Shown here: piece by piece, positions 20,998-30,271 of the stretch
Layout: every line of letters starts with the position of its first letter
How positions within the stretch are numbered: position 1 is the first letter of the stretch
Source of the DNA: an uncultured Acidimicrobiaceae bacterium
GTDB lineage: Bacteria; Actinomycetota; Acidimicrobiia; Acidimicrobiales; Bog-793
Assembly: GCA_963719125.1 (NCBI GenBank)
Contig: CAVRAT010000015.1
Location: 154,683 to 218,682 of the forward strand
Length of the DNA: 64,000 nt
Reading direction: 5' to 3'
Program-made: the position numbers and the translations under genes
Notes under the pieces: model-generated
What the model was told of the DNA's origin: nothing
What the model saw: only the letters and a program-made list of their open reading frames with translations
Database searches by the model: none

Positions 20998-21024
20998 GCC
21001 CGCCCGGAGCGGGTCCAGAACGGC

Positions 21025-21768
21025 TCAAGGCATGTGGGCGTCGAAGAAGGAGAGCGCCCGGGCCCACGCGTCACGAGCGGACGCCTCGTGGTACGAGGGG
21101 CGCTGATCGCAGTTGAAGCCGTGGCCCGCGTCCCGGTAGCGGACGATGTCCCACTCGACGGTGGCGCTCTGGGCGAGCACCGAGCGGAGTTTCTCAACGT
21201 CGTCGACCGGGATGGATTCGTCCAGGTCCCCGAACAGGCCGAGCCACGGGGTCTTCAAATCCGAGATCTCGCCGATGAGTGCTGGCATGTGCTCGGACCT
21301 GGCCCGAACGATCCCTCCTCCATAGAAGCTGACCGCCCCGGCCAGCTTGCGCCTCACCGCCACCAGACAGCTGACCCGGCCGCCCATGCAGAACCCGATC
21401 ACGCCCGTGTGCTCGTCGCCGAGCTGAGTGGCCGTCAGGTGCCGGCGGACGGCGTCGAGGTCTTGGAGGATGCCTTCGTCGCTAAGGGCCGCGAGGTGTT
21501 TGCGAGCCTCGTCGAAACGGTCGTAGGGGATCGTCGGGTTGACTCCGGTGCGATGGAAGAGCGACGGGGCGAGGGCGTGGTAGCGCTCAGAAGCGAGCCG
21601 TCGCGTGACCTCTTGGATGTGGTCGTTCACCCCGAAGGCCTCCTGGACCACGATCATGGCGCGATGGTTGCCCTCGCCCTCGGGGAGGGCTTCGTAGCAG
21701 GGCATCGGGCTGCCAGGCGTCTCGAGCTCGACGATGCGGGTGATGAGAGGTACGGCCTCTGCGGTCAT
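21025..21768 (-). CDS. dienelactone hydrolase family protein
   Basis: VVQEAFGVNDHIQEVTRRLA... and GVIGFCMGG nucleophile motif. ATG 21768 is preceded by AAAGGAGG. Confidence 0.85.
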   Translation of the reverse strand: MTAEAVPLITRIVELETPGSPMPCYEALPEGEGNHRAMIVVQEAFGVNDHIQEVTRRLASERYHALAPSLFHRTGVNPTIPYDRFDEARKHLAALSDEGILQDLDAVRRHLTATQLGDEHTGVIGFCMGGRVSCLVAVRRKLAGAVSFYGGGIVRARSEHMPALIGEISDLKTPWLGLFGDLDESIPVDDVEKLRSVLAQSATVEWDIVRYRDAGHGFNCDQRPSYHEASARDAWARALSFFDAHMP

Positions 21769-21907
21769 CGTGCCTCCTTTGTCGGATGCGGCCGCTCGGC
21801 ACCGCGGCCGCGGCCGCAACGAGGTTACCGGCGCGCCGGCCCGCGTTGAAGGCCACGGCCGAGACAGCGACAACTACGGTGGTGCGGTGAGGTGGCGGTG
21901 ACCAGAT

Positions 21908-22453
21908 ATGGGTGAGCACGTGCTGCTCGTGGGGATGATGGGCTCGGGCAAGTCGACGGTCGGCCACATCGTGGCGGACCGGATGCGGCGGCCCTTCCGC
22001 GACAGCGACGCCGAAGTCGAGCGGCGGACCGGCAAGAGCGTTCCGGCGATCTTCGCCACAAGGGGCGAGCCTGCTTTTCGCGCCGAGGAGCGCGCCGCGC
22101 TGGGTGCCGCGCTGGCGTCGTCGGTGCCGTCGGTCATCTCGGTCGCAGGCGGCGCGGTGATCGATCCGGGCACGAGGAGCCGCCTTCGCGCCGCCGGCGT
22201 GGTCATCTGGCTCGACGCGGCGCCGGAGGTCTTGGCGGCCCGGGTCGGCAACGGAAAGAGCCGGCCCCTCTTGAGGGGGGACCCGGCCGGCAACCTGAAG
22301 CGGCTGGACGCCATCCGCAGGCCGGTGTACCGGGAGCTCTCGGACGTCGTCGTGCAAGTCGGCGGGCGGCGTCCCGAGGCGCTCGCCGAGGACGTTGTGC
22401 GCGCCGCCCGGGCGCGCTTCGAGGTGCCCGCCGACGGGCGGACGTCATGGTGA
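21908..22453 (+). CDS. aroK: shikimate kinase
   Basis: P-loop VGMMGSGKSTVG and the DSD motif. Confidence 0.92.
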   Translation: MGEHVLLVGMMGSGKSTVGHIVADRMRRPFRDSDAEVERRTGKSVPAIFATRGEPAFRAEERAALGAALASSVPSVISVAGGAVIDPGTRSRLRAAGVVIWLDAAPEVLAARVGNGKSRPLLRGDPAGNLKRLDAIRRPVYRELSDVVVQVGGRRPEALAEDVVRAARARFEVPADGRTSW

Positions 22454-23541
22454 GCACGGGCGCGTGCGGAGCCGGCTCGCCCGAGCGCGGTCAGGCCGTC
22501 GCTCCGCCGGTGCGCATCAGGGTGGAGCTCGCGGAGCGTGGCTATGACGTGGTCGTGGGCCCCGGCGTGCGAGCCGAGATCTCGAGTTGCCTTCCTCCGG
22601 GCGCCCGGCGGGCGGCAGTCGTGACCCAGGCCGGCATCGGTGTCGAGGTCGACCCGGGTGTCCCGTTCCAGGTCGTGACGATCGCCGACGGCGAGCAGGC
22701 CAAATCGCTCGTTACCGTGGAGGAGATCTGCCGGTTCATGGCCCGCGGCGACATGCACCGCACCGATGTCGTCGTGGCCGTCGGGGGTGGGGTCGTGACC
22801 GACGTTGCCGGCTATGCGGCCTCGAGCTATCACCGCGGCACCGCGGTGATCAACGTCCCGACCACGCTGCTCGGACAGGTCGACGCGGCGATAGGCGGGA
22901 AGACCGGGGTCAATCTTCCGGAGGGCAAGAATCTGGTGGGCTCGTTCTGGCAGCCTCTCGGAGTCTTCTGCGACACCGAGACCCTCGCGAGCCTGCCCGC
23001 CCGTGAATGGCGGTCCGGTCACGGGGAGATGGCGAAGTATGCCTTCTTGGGCGTGGAGGATCTGGACACCTTGAGCCTTGACGAGCAGGTGGCACGGTGC
23101 GCGGCGTGCAAGGCCAAGGTTGTCTCCAGCGACGAACGCGAAGGAGGTCGCCGAATGATCTTGAACTACGGTCACACCCTGGCTCATGCCCTCGAGGCCG
23201 CCGGTCTCGCGAGCGAGGACGCGAGCTCTTCGAGCGAGCTTCGCCACGGCGAAGCGGTGGGGATCGGCCTCGTCTTCGCGGCAGAGCTCGCCCGGTGCCT
23301 GGGCAGGATCGGGAAGCCCCGCGTCGAGCGTCATCGCAGCGTCGTCGCCGGCTACGGCCTGCCGGTCGACCTTCCCCCCGGAGCGGAGCCGGCCGCTCTC
23401 ATCCAGTACATGGCCCGGGACAAGAAGTCGGCAGGTGGCCTCACGTTCATGCTCGACGGTCCCAACGGTGTGGAGCCGGTTCACGACGTCGGCGCCGACG
23501 TGGTGCACGAGGCGCTCAGCGCGCTTCGAGGTGACCGATGA
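22447..23541 (+). CDS. aroB: 3-dehydroquinate synthase
   Basis: GGGVVTDVAGYAA, NVPTTLL, GHT..HA motifs. It overlaps the aroK stop. Confidence 0.92.
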   Translation: MVSTGACGAGSPERGQAVAPPVRIRVELAERGYDVVVGPGVRAEISSCLPPGARRAAVVTQAGIGVEVDPGVPFQVVTIADGEQAKSLVTVEEICRFMARGDMHRTDVVVAVGGGVVTDVAGYAASSYHRGTAVINVPTTLLGQVDAAIGGKTGVNLPEGKNLVGSFWQPLGVFCDTETLASLPAREWRSGHGEMAKYAFLGVEDLDTLSLDEQVARCAACKAKVVSSDEREGGRRMILNYGHTLAHALEAAGLASEDASSSSELRHGEAVGIGLVFAAELARCLGRIGKPRVERHRSVVAGYGLPVDLPPGAEPAALIQYMARDKKSAGGLTFMLDGPNGVEPVHDVGADVVHEALSALRGDR

Positions 23542-24032
23542 GCGCCCCCGGGCACGACCATGCCGAAAAGCGCCCCACCGTCCTGCTCTTGTCCGGCCCG
23601 AATCTCGGCCTGCTCGGTGAGCGCCAGCCCGAGATCTACGGCACCGAGACACTCGCAGACCACGTCGGACGGGCCGAGCGGACGGCGACCCGCTTGGGAG
23701 TCGAGCTCGAGCACCTGCAGAGCGAGCACGAGGCTGACCTCGTCGCGGCCGTTCACCGAGCGCGTGGCAGCGTCGCGGCGATCGTGGTCAACGCGGGCGC
23801 CCTTTCCCACTCGAGCTGGGCACTGCACGACGCCCTGGCCGCGTTCGACGGCGTCGTCGTCGAGCTTCACCTGTCCAACCCCGACGCCCGCGAACCGTGG
23901 CGCCGGCAGTCGGTTCTGGCGCCCGTGGCCGACGGAACCATCGCCGGCTTCGGCGGACTCGGCTACGAGCTCGCCGTCGAAGCCGCGGCGCGACTTCTCG
24001 TTGGACGCAACGACGGCGCTCAAGGCGCGTAG
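23538..24032 (+). CDS. aroQ: type II 3-dehydroquinate dehydratase
   Basis: VLLLSGPNLGLLGERQPEIYG and LSNPDAREPWR motifs. ATGA overlap with aroB. Confidence 0.92.
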   Translation: MSAPGHDHAEKRPTVLLLSGPNLGLLGERQPEIYGTETLADHVGRAERTATRLGVELEHLQSEHEADLVAAVHRARGSVAAIVVNAGALSHSSWALHDALAAFDGVVVELHLSNPDAREPWRRQSVLAPVADGTIAGFGGLGYELAVEAAARLLVGRNDGAQGA

Positions 24033-24079
24033 CATCTCCGCCCATGCCTACTGGCTCTGATCGTCCCGACTTGGCCGCG

Positions 24080-25164
24080 ATGGATGTCGCGGGCCGCATA
24101 CCGCGTTTGGCGGCGCGTCCGCGGAGTTCGGCTGTGATGGCCTGCTCGTCACGAATCTCACCAACATCCTCTACCTGACCGGCTTCACGGGATCCGCAGG
24201 GTTGCTCCTCGTCCTCCCGGACGACTCGCTGCTCGTTTCCGACGGCCGTTACCGGGACCAGGCGGCCGCCGAGACACAGGCCGCCAAGGCGCCGGTGCGC
24301 ATGGAGATAGCCCAGCCGGCCGGGCAGTCGGCTGCCATCGAGCAGGTGGCGAAGGGATTGCGACGCCTGGGGTTGGAGGCTGACGACGTCACCTGGAGCG
24401 TCCAGCGGCGCCTTTCTGCGGCGCTCGCCCCCGCCACCAAGCTCGTGGCCGTGCCCCGCGCCGTCGAGGCGTTCCGCGCCATCAAGGACGAGGGCGAGGT
24501 GGCGCGTATCGAATGCGCCGCCGACATCGCAGACGTGGCTTTCGCACAGGTGAAAGAGCTCCTGTGCGAGGCGCCGACGGAGGAGGAGTTCGCGATCGCC
24601 CTCGAGTTCGAGATGCGCCGCCGTGGGGCCGAGGCGATCGCCTTCGAATCGATCGTGGCGAGCGGCCCGAACGGGGCCCTTCCCCATGCCCGACCGTCCA
24701 GTCGCCGCATCGATGCCGGCGAGCTCGTCGTGTGCGATTTCGGGGCGACGGTGGACGGCTACCGGTCGGACATGACGCGCACGGTCAGTGTCGGCGATCC
24801 TCGGCCCGACGAGCTGCGCGACCTGCTGGAGGCGGTCATGGCAGCGCAGCGGGCCGGAGTACGTACCGTCCGCGCCGGGGTGACAGGGGGCGAGGTCGAC
24901 GCGGCCTGCCGTGAGTCACTGGCCTCGGCCGGCCTCGAGGACGCGTTCCTGCACGGGACCGGTCACGGTGTGGGCCTCGAGATCCACGAGGCCCCGTCGG
25001 TCTCGCAGGACTCCACTGATATCCTCGAGGAAGGCGCTGTCGTGACCGTGGAGCCCGGCGCCTACCTGTACTCAAACGGCGGCGCTCGCATCGAGGACAC
25101 TTTGGTTGTCACGGCGACCGGCGTTCGGCACCTCACCAAGTCGACCAAGGATTACGTGCTCTGA
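24080..25164 (+). CDS. pepQ: Xaa-Pro aminopeptidase (M24B), reading frame interrupted near the 5' end
   Basis: The body 24202..25164 is clear M24 (HGTGHGVGLEIHE). Family-like N-terminal sequence continues upstream in the same frame (AEFGCDGLLVTNLTNILYLTGFTGSAG) with no ATG/GTG/TTG there. The expected extreme N-terminus (MDVAGRIPRLAAR) is in a different frame starting at ATG 24080. Confidence 0.8.
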
Positions 25165-25724
25165 TGGCCTTTTCCACCAATGACCTCCGCAACGGCATGA
25201 CTCTCGACCTCCCCGAGGGGCTCTTCACGGTCGTCGAGTTCCAACACGTCAAGCCCGGCAAGGGCGGCGCCTTTGTCAGGACCAAGCTGCGCAACGCACG
25301 CACGAAGGCGGTCATCGAGCGCACTTTCAGGGCCGGTGAGCCGCTCGAGCAGGCGGTCATCGACAAGAGGGAGATGCAGTACCTGTACCGGGACGCCCAA
25401 GAGTACGTCTTCATGGACAACGTCTCCTACGACCAGATGCAAGTGAGCGAATCGTCGCTCGCGGACGCCGCGCCCTACCTCAAAGAGGGCGACTCAGCCG
25501 TCCTGCAGATGTACCAGAGCGAGATCGTCGGGGTAGACCTGCCGGCGGCCGTCGAGCTCACGGTCACCGAGACCGAGCCGGGCTTCCAGGGTGATCGGGT
25601 CTCGGGCGGCCGCAAGCCCGCGACCTTGGAGACCGGCCTCGTGGTCCAGGTGCCGCTGTTCGTCAACCCCGGCGAACGGATCAAGGTCGATACTCGGACC
25701 GGTGAGTACCTCACCAGGGCCTGA
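25164..25724 (+). CDS. efp: elongation factor P
   Basis: FQHVKPGKGGAFVRTKLRN and the typical three-domain length of 186 aa. Confidence 0.95.
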   Translation: MAFSTNDLRNGMTLDLPEGLFTVVEFQHVKPGKGGAFVRTKLRNARTKAVIERTFRAGEPLEQAVIDKREMQYLYRDAQEYVFMDNVSYDQMQVSESSLADAAPYLKEGDSAVLQMYQSEIVGVDLPAAVELTVTETEPGFQGDRVSGGRKPATLETGLVVQVPLFVNPGERIKVDTRTGEYLTRA

Positions 25725-26181
25725 GGGCTCGCCGCGCCAGATAGCGCCCGGCGCCCGGCGCCGGGCGCGGGAACGGGCGCTCGAGTTGCTCTACGAGGCC
25801 GAGACGAAGGACTTGAGCCCCACCGAGCTGCTCGCCGAGCTGCCGGTCGCGCCGGAACAGTACGCTTCGGAGCTCGTGCTCGGAGTCGAGCGACGAGCCG
25901 AGGAAGTGGACCGCCTGCTGGGCCGCCACGCCACAGGCTGGGCGGTCGAGAGGATGCCGATGGTCGACCGTTGCGTGCTCCGCATGGCGGCCTACGAGCT
26001 CCTGGACGAGCTCGAGGTACCTGTCGCAGTCGTGTTGGACGAAGCCGTGGAGCTGGCCAAGACCTACTCGACGGAGGACTCGGGGCGTTACGTGAACGGC
26101 GTCCTCTCTGCAGTGGCGACCGAAGTCCGAACAAATGAGCCGGAAAAGGCCGACGCGTCGCTCGGCACTTCGCTAGAGTGA
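25702..26181 (+). CDS. nusB: transcription antitermination factor NusB
   Basis: ARERALELLYEAE...RMPMVDRCVLRMAAYELL...DEAVELAK. There is no canonical start after the efp stop, so the start is set at in-frame GTG 25702, which overlaps efp. Confidence 0.85.
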   Translation: MSTSPGPEGSPRQIAPGARRRARERALELLYEAETKDLSPTELLAELPVAPEQYASELVLGVERRAEEVDRLLGRHATGWAVERMPMVDRCVLRMAAYELLDELEVPVAVVLDEAVELAKTYSTEDSGRYVNGVLSAVATEVRTNEPEKADASLGTSLE

Positions 26182-26198
26182 GTTCTCGCACGTAAAGC

Positions 26199-26214
26199 AG
26201 GTCCAGAGAGGCCG
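26199..26214 (+). promoter_or_regulatory. PyrR binding-loop core (AGGUCCAGAGAGGCCG)
   Basis: It contains the invariant UCCAGAGAGG core of PyrR-binding RNA loops, about 90 nt upstream of pyrR. Confidence 0.7.
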
Positions 26215-26259
26215 CACGTACGAGAGGAGCCCGAGTGGCTGATAGAGAGAGAAGTTCCC

Positions 26260-26285
26260 CGCGCCCCAAAGGGCGCGTTTTTGTT
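26260..26285 (+). terminator. intrinsic terminator / attenuator in the pyr leader
   Basis: Perfect 7-bp GC stem CGCGCCC-CAAA-GGGCGCG followed by TTTTTGTT. It lies between the PyrR site and the pyrR ATG. Confidence 0.7.
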
Positions 26286-26300
26286 GCCCGCACCCAGGTC

Positions 26301-26822
26301 ATGGACCGCGACGAGGTACGACGGGCCCTAGTCCGCATCGCGCACGAGATCGTGGAGCGGAATCGCGGGCTCGAAGGCGTCGTCGTCATCGGGATCCAGA
26401 AGGGCGGGGTGCCGCTCGCCCTCCAGCTCGTCGGGATCCTGCGCGAGATCGAGGGGACCGCAGTGCCCTTCGGGACCATGGACGTGGCCTTCTACCGCGA
26501 CGACATCGGGATGCGCCCGGTGTTGCCGGAGGAGGCAACCGACCTGCCCTTCGACTTGACGGGGCACGTCGTGGTCCTGTTCGACGACGTCCTCTTCACC
26601 GGCAGGACGGTGCGCGCGGCGCTCGAGGCCCTCGCGGAGTGCGGGCGGGCGAACGCAGTGCAGCTGGCGGTGATGGTCGACCGTGGTCACCGCGAGCTGC
26701 CGATCCGGCCCGACTTCGTAGGCAAGAACCTGCCGACGCGGCGCGACGAGACGGTCGAGGTGTCAGAAGAGGGAGTCACGATCGGTGATCTCGTCGCGGC
26801 TGGGAACGAGGCGGCCCGATGA
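26301..26822 (+). CDS. pyrR: bifunctional pyrimidine operon regulator / uracil phosphoribosyltransferase PyrR
   Basis: RALVRIAHEIVERNRGLEGVVVIGIQKGGVPLA and the PRPP motif VVLFDDVLFTGRT. ATG 26301 is chosen because the longer ORF would include the terminator. Confidence 0.9.
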   Translation: MDRDEVRRALVRIAHEIVERNRGLEGVVVIGIQKGGVPLALQLVGILREIEGTAVPFGTMDVAFYRDDIGMRPVLPEEATDLPFDLTGHVVVLFDDVLFTGRTVRAALEALAECGRANAVQLAVMVDRGHRELPIRPDFVGKNLPTRRDETVEVSEEGVTIGDLVAAGNEAAR

Positions 26823-27883
26823 GCGCCCCCGGCACCCCCGCAACGACGAAAGTCCCGAAAGCATGGGCGGAGGGTGAGCCCGACGCAACGAGCGCGTCCG
26901 AGACCGCCGGGGACCTGTTCGGGGGTCACCGCGCCCCGGCTGTCCGCCACTTGCTATCGATTGCCGATCTCGGCCGCGACGGCATCGCCGAGATAATGCG
27001 GCTCTCCGACGCCTTCGCCGAGGTTGCCGAGCGCCCGATCCCCAAGGTTCCCGCCCTCAGGGGACGCACCGTGGCGACGGTATTCATGGAGCCGTCGACC
27101 AGGACGCGCCTGTCGTTCGAGACCGCCGCCAAGCGTCTCTCCGCCGATGTCATGACCTTCACCGCCTCGACGTCGGCCGCCGTAAAGGGCGAGTCACTGC
27201 GTGACACCGTCGAGACGATCGACGCCATGGGCATAGACGCCATGGTCATCCGCCACCGCGCCTCCGGCGCGCCGCTCAGGGTCACCGATTGGGTGGGGGC
27301 GAGCGTGATCAACGCCGGGGACGGCACCCATGAGCACCCGACCCAGGCGCTGCTCGATTGCTACACGATCCGCGAGGCTCTCACCGCGCGCCGCGACGGC
27401 GAGGTGCCGGCCGACTTCAAGGGACTGCGCATAGCCATCGTGGGCGACATCAAGCACTCGCGAGTCGCCCGCTCGAACGTGCTCGCCTTCACGGCACTCG
27501 GCGCAGAGGTGGTGCTCGTGGCGCCCCCGACGCTCATGCCCGCGTCGTTGGAGGGCTGGCCTGTGACTGCGACCGGTGACCTCGACGCGACGCTCGCGGA
27601 GCTCGACGTCGTGTATCTGCTGCGCATCCAGTCCGAGCGCCTCGGCGAGGTCCTCCTGCCATCGCTCGACGAGTACCACTGGCGCTACGGCCTCACCAGG
27701 GCGCGGGCCGACGCGTTGAACAAAGAGGCCCTCGTCATGCACCCGGGCCCGATGATCCGCGGCGTCGAGATCTCCCCGGAAGTCGCCGACCTGCCTGCCT
27801 CCCTCGTGACGCGGCAGGTGCGAAACGGCGTCGTCGTCCGCATGGCCGTCCTGTTCCACCTGCTCGGATCGGGGGTCATCTGA
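26819..27883 (+). CDS. pyrB: aspartate carbamoyltransferase catalytic subunit
   Basis: EPSTRTRLSFE, HPTQALLD and HPGP motifs. ATGA overlap with pyrR. The roughly 45-aa N-terminal extension makes the exact start uncertain. Confidence 0.92.
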   Translation: MSAPGTPATTKVPKAWAEGEPDATSASETAGDLFGGHRAPAVRHLLSIADLGRDGIAEIMRLSDAFAEVAERPIPKVPALRGRTVATVFMEPSTRTRLSFETAAKRLSADVMTFTASTSAAVKGESLRDTVETIDAMGIDAMVIRHRASGAPLRVTDWVGASVINAGDGTHEHPTQALLDCYTIREALTARRDGEVPADFKGLRIAIVGDIKHSRVARSNVLAFTALGAEVVLVAPPTLMPASLEGWPVTATGDLDATLAELDVVYLLRIQSERLGEVLLPSLDEYHWRYGLTRARADALNKEALVMHPGPMIRGVEISPEVADLPASLVTRQVRNGVVVRMAVLFHLLGSGVI

Positions 27884-29289
27884 TGGCGCGCCGGAACGCA
27901 CCCACACAGATCGGCGAGATCGTCGTCCGCGGGGGGACGCTCGTGGACGAGACGGGCGAGCGGCGTGGTGACGTCCTCGTGCGCGACGGACGGATTGTCG
28001 CGGTCGAGGATGCCATCGACGCACCGAAGGGCGCCACCGTCCTCGACGCGGGAGGCTGCGTCGTCGCGCCCGGGCTCGTCGACTTGCACGCCCACCTGCG
28101 CGAGCCCGGTGGGGAAATAGCCGAGACGGTCGAATCCGGGTCGAGAGCCGCCGCCCTCGGCGGCTACACGGCCGTGGTCGCCATGCCGAACACCGAACCT
28201 GCCATCGACTCGGCTGCCGTCGCCCGCGACGTGCTCGCGCTCGGCGAGACGGCGCTGACCGAGATCGCCGTGGCCGGCGCCATCACCGTCGGCCGTCGTG
28301 GCGAACGACTCGTCCCGATGGCAGAGCTGGCCGCCCTCGGAGTGCGGTTGTTCACCGACGACGGCCGCGGCGTGCAGCACGCGGGCTTAATGCGCCGCGC
28401 GCTCGAGTACGCCTCGGGACTCGGTGTCGTGCTCGCCCAGCACTGCGAGGACGAGCAGCTTGCAGCGGGCGGCCACATGAACGAGGGTGCCTGGTCGAGC
28501 CGCCTCGGGATCGCGGGCATGCCCGCACTCGCGGAAGAGGCGATGCTGGCAAGGGACCTCGCGCTCGTGCGGCTCACGGGCGCGCCGATGCACTTCCTGC
28601 ATCTGTCCACCGCGGGCGCCATCGAGATGATCAGAAGCGCCAAGGCCGACGGGCTCGATGTGACAGCCGAGGTGACGCCGCATCATCTGGCGTTGTGCGA
28701 CGCGGCAGTGGCGAGCTTCGACCCGGTGTACAAGGTCAAGCCGCCCCTCAGGACCGCCCGGGACGTGGCCGCGGTACGGGAGGGCGTCGTGGAGGGAGTC
28801 GTCGACGCCATCGCGACCGACCACGCCCCGCATGCGCCCGAACGCAAGGACGATCCTTTCGACGAGGCTCCCGCCGGCATGTTGGGCCTCGAGACCGCGC
28901 TCTCCGTCACCTACGACGCCCTTTGCGCGGGCCTGGCGGAACTGGCCGTGGGTGACGATCACGGCTGGGTCCCCCGCGGCGGGGGAGCGCCTCTGTCGAT
29001 GAGGGACCTCTTCGCCTTGTTCTCCTGGCGGCCAGCCCGCATCGCCGGGCTCGACCGAGACGGCCGGGGTCCCCGTGGCAGCCTTTCCGGCCAGGGCGGC
29101 CCGATCCGGCCCGGCGCCGGAGGGAACCTCGCCGTCTTCGACCCGAGCCTGCCATGGGTCGTAGACCCGAGCCGGCAGGCCAGCCGGAGCCGCAACACGC
29201 CTTACGGCGGACTTCGGCTCACCGGCAAGATCCGTCACACCGTGTTCGCAGGCGAGGTCGTGGTCCAAGACGGCGCCGCGCAGCGATGA
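27883..29289 (+). CDS. pyrC: dihydroorotase
   Basis: DLHAHLREPG metal-binding motif and ATDHAPH. Start and stop abut pyrB. Confidence 0.9.
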   Translation: MARRNAPTQIGEIVVRGGTLVDETGERRGDVLVRDGRIVAVEDAIDAPKGATVLDAGGCVVAPGLVDLHAHLREPGGEIAETVESGSRAAALGGYTAVVAMPNTEPAIDSAAVARDVLALGETALTEIAVAGAITVGRRGERLVPMAELAALGVRLFTDDGRGVQHAGLMRRALEYASGLGVVLAQHCEDEQLAAGGHMNEGAWSSRLGIAGMPALAEEAMLARDLALVRLTGAPMHFLHLSTAGAIEMIRSAKADGLDVTAEVTPHHLALCDAAVASFDPVYKVKPPLRTARDVAAVREGVVEGVVDAIATDHAPHAPERKDDPFDEAPAGMLGLETALSVTYDALCAGLAELAVGDDHGWVPRGGGAPLSMRDLFALFSWRPARIAGLDRDGRGPRGSLSGQGGPIRPGAGGNLAVFDPSLPWVVDPSRQASRSRNTPYGGLRLTGKIRHTVFAGEVVVQDGAAQR

Positions 29290-29311
29290 ACGAGGCTCCG
29301 GGCCCGGTGCC

Positions 29312-30271
29312 GTGAGGAACCGCAGGAATGCCGCCGGGGTCGATCTTTCGACCTCGGTCGCGACCGTGCGGTTGCCGACCGCGGTGATGACAGCCGCGGG
29401 CACTGCCGGGCACGGAGCCGAGCTCGGCGCCTACTTCGACCTCTCGGCGATCGGCGCCGTCGTCGTGAAGTCGTTGTCGGCCGACCCGTGGCCAGGGAAC
29501 CCCAGTCCGCGCGTCTGCCCGGTGCCGGGGGGCATGCTGAACGCGGTCGGCCTCCAGGGTCCCGGCGTCGCGGCGTGGCTCATCGACGAGCTCCCCGCCC
29601 TCGAAGCGTCCGGTGCCCGGGTCGTGGTGAGCATCTGGGGACGCCGGGTCGAGGACTACGAGCGTGCCGCGTCACTCCTGGCGGCCGCTCCGGCGTGCGT
29701 GGTGGCCGTCGAGGTGAACGTCAGCTGCCCGAACCTCGAGGACCGCAGTCGCATGTTCGCCCACTCGCCCGAGGCCACGGGGGCGGCTGTGGCGGCGTCC
29801 GTGGCCTGTGGTCGGCCCCGGTGGGCCAAGCTCTCGCCGAACACCTCCGATCTCCTGGCCGTCGCCGGGGCTGCACTCGACGCGGGCGCGGAGGCGCTCA
29901 CGTTGACCAACACGCTCCTCGGGCTCGCGATCGACACCGAACGGCGGGCGCCGGTACTCGGCGCGGGGGGCGGAGGGCTGTCCGGCGACGCCCTTCACAG
30001 CGTCGCCCTGCGGGCCGTCTTCGACTGCCGGGCGACGTTCCCCGACGCCGGGATCGTCGGTGTCGGCGGAGTGAGCGACGGTCAAGGTGCCGTGCGGATG
30101 CTGCTTGCCGGGGCGGACGCGGTCCAGGTCGGGACGGCGACCCTGGCAGATCCGCGGGCGGTCCTGCGAGTGCAGGCGGAGCTCGCGCACTGGTGCGCCC
30201 GCCACGGCGTTCGCGCGGTACGCGAGCTCGTCGGGGCCGCGAACGACAAATGGAAGCGAGGTCAGCCATGA
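29312..30271 (+). CDS. pyrD: dihydroorotate dehydrogenase, class 1 (Cys active-site type)
   Basis: AAGTAGHG, GMLNAVGLQGPG and NVSCPN motifs. There is no N-terminal membrane-anchor extension. Confidence 0.88.
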   Translation: MRNRRNAAGVDLSTSVATVRLPTAVMTAAGTAGHGAELGAYFDLSAIGAVVVKSLSADPWPGNPSPRVCPVPGGMLNAVGLQGPGVAAWLIDELPALEASGARVVVSIWGRRVEDYERAASLLAAAPACVVAVEVNVSCPNLEDRSRMFAHSPEATGAAVAASVACGRPRWAKLSPNTSDLLAVAGAALDAGAEALTLTNTLLGLAIDTERRAPVLGAGGGGLSGDALHSVALRAVFDCRATFPDAGIVGVGGVSDGQGAVRMLLAGADAVQVGTATLADPRAVLRVQAELAHWCARHGVRAVRELVGAANDKWKRGQP

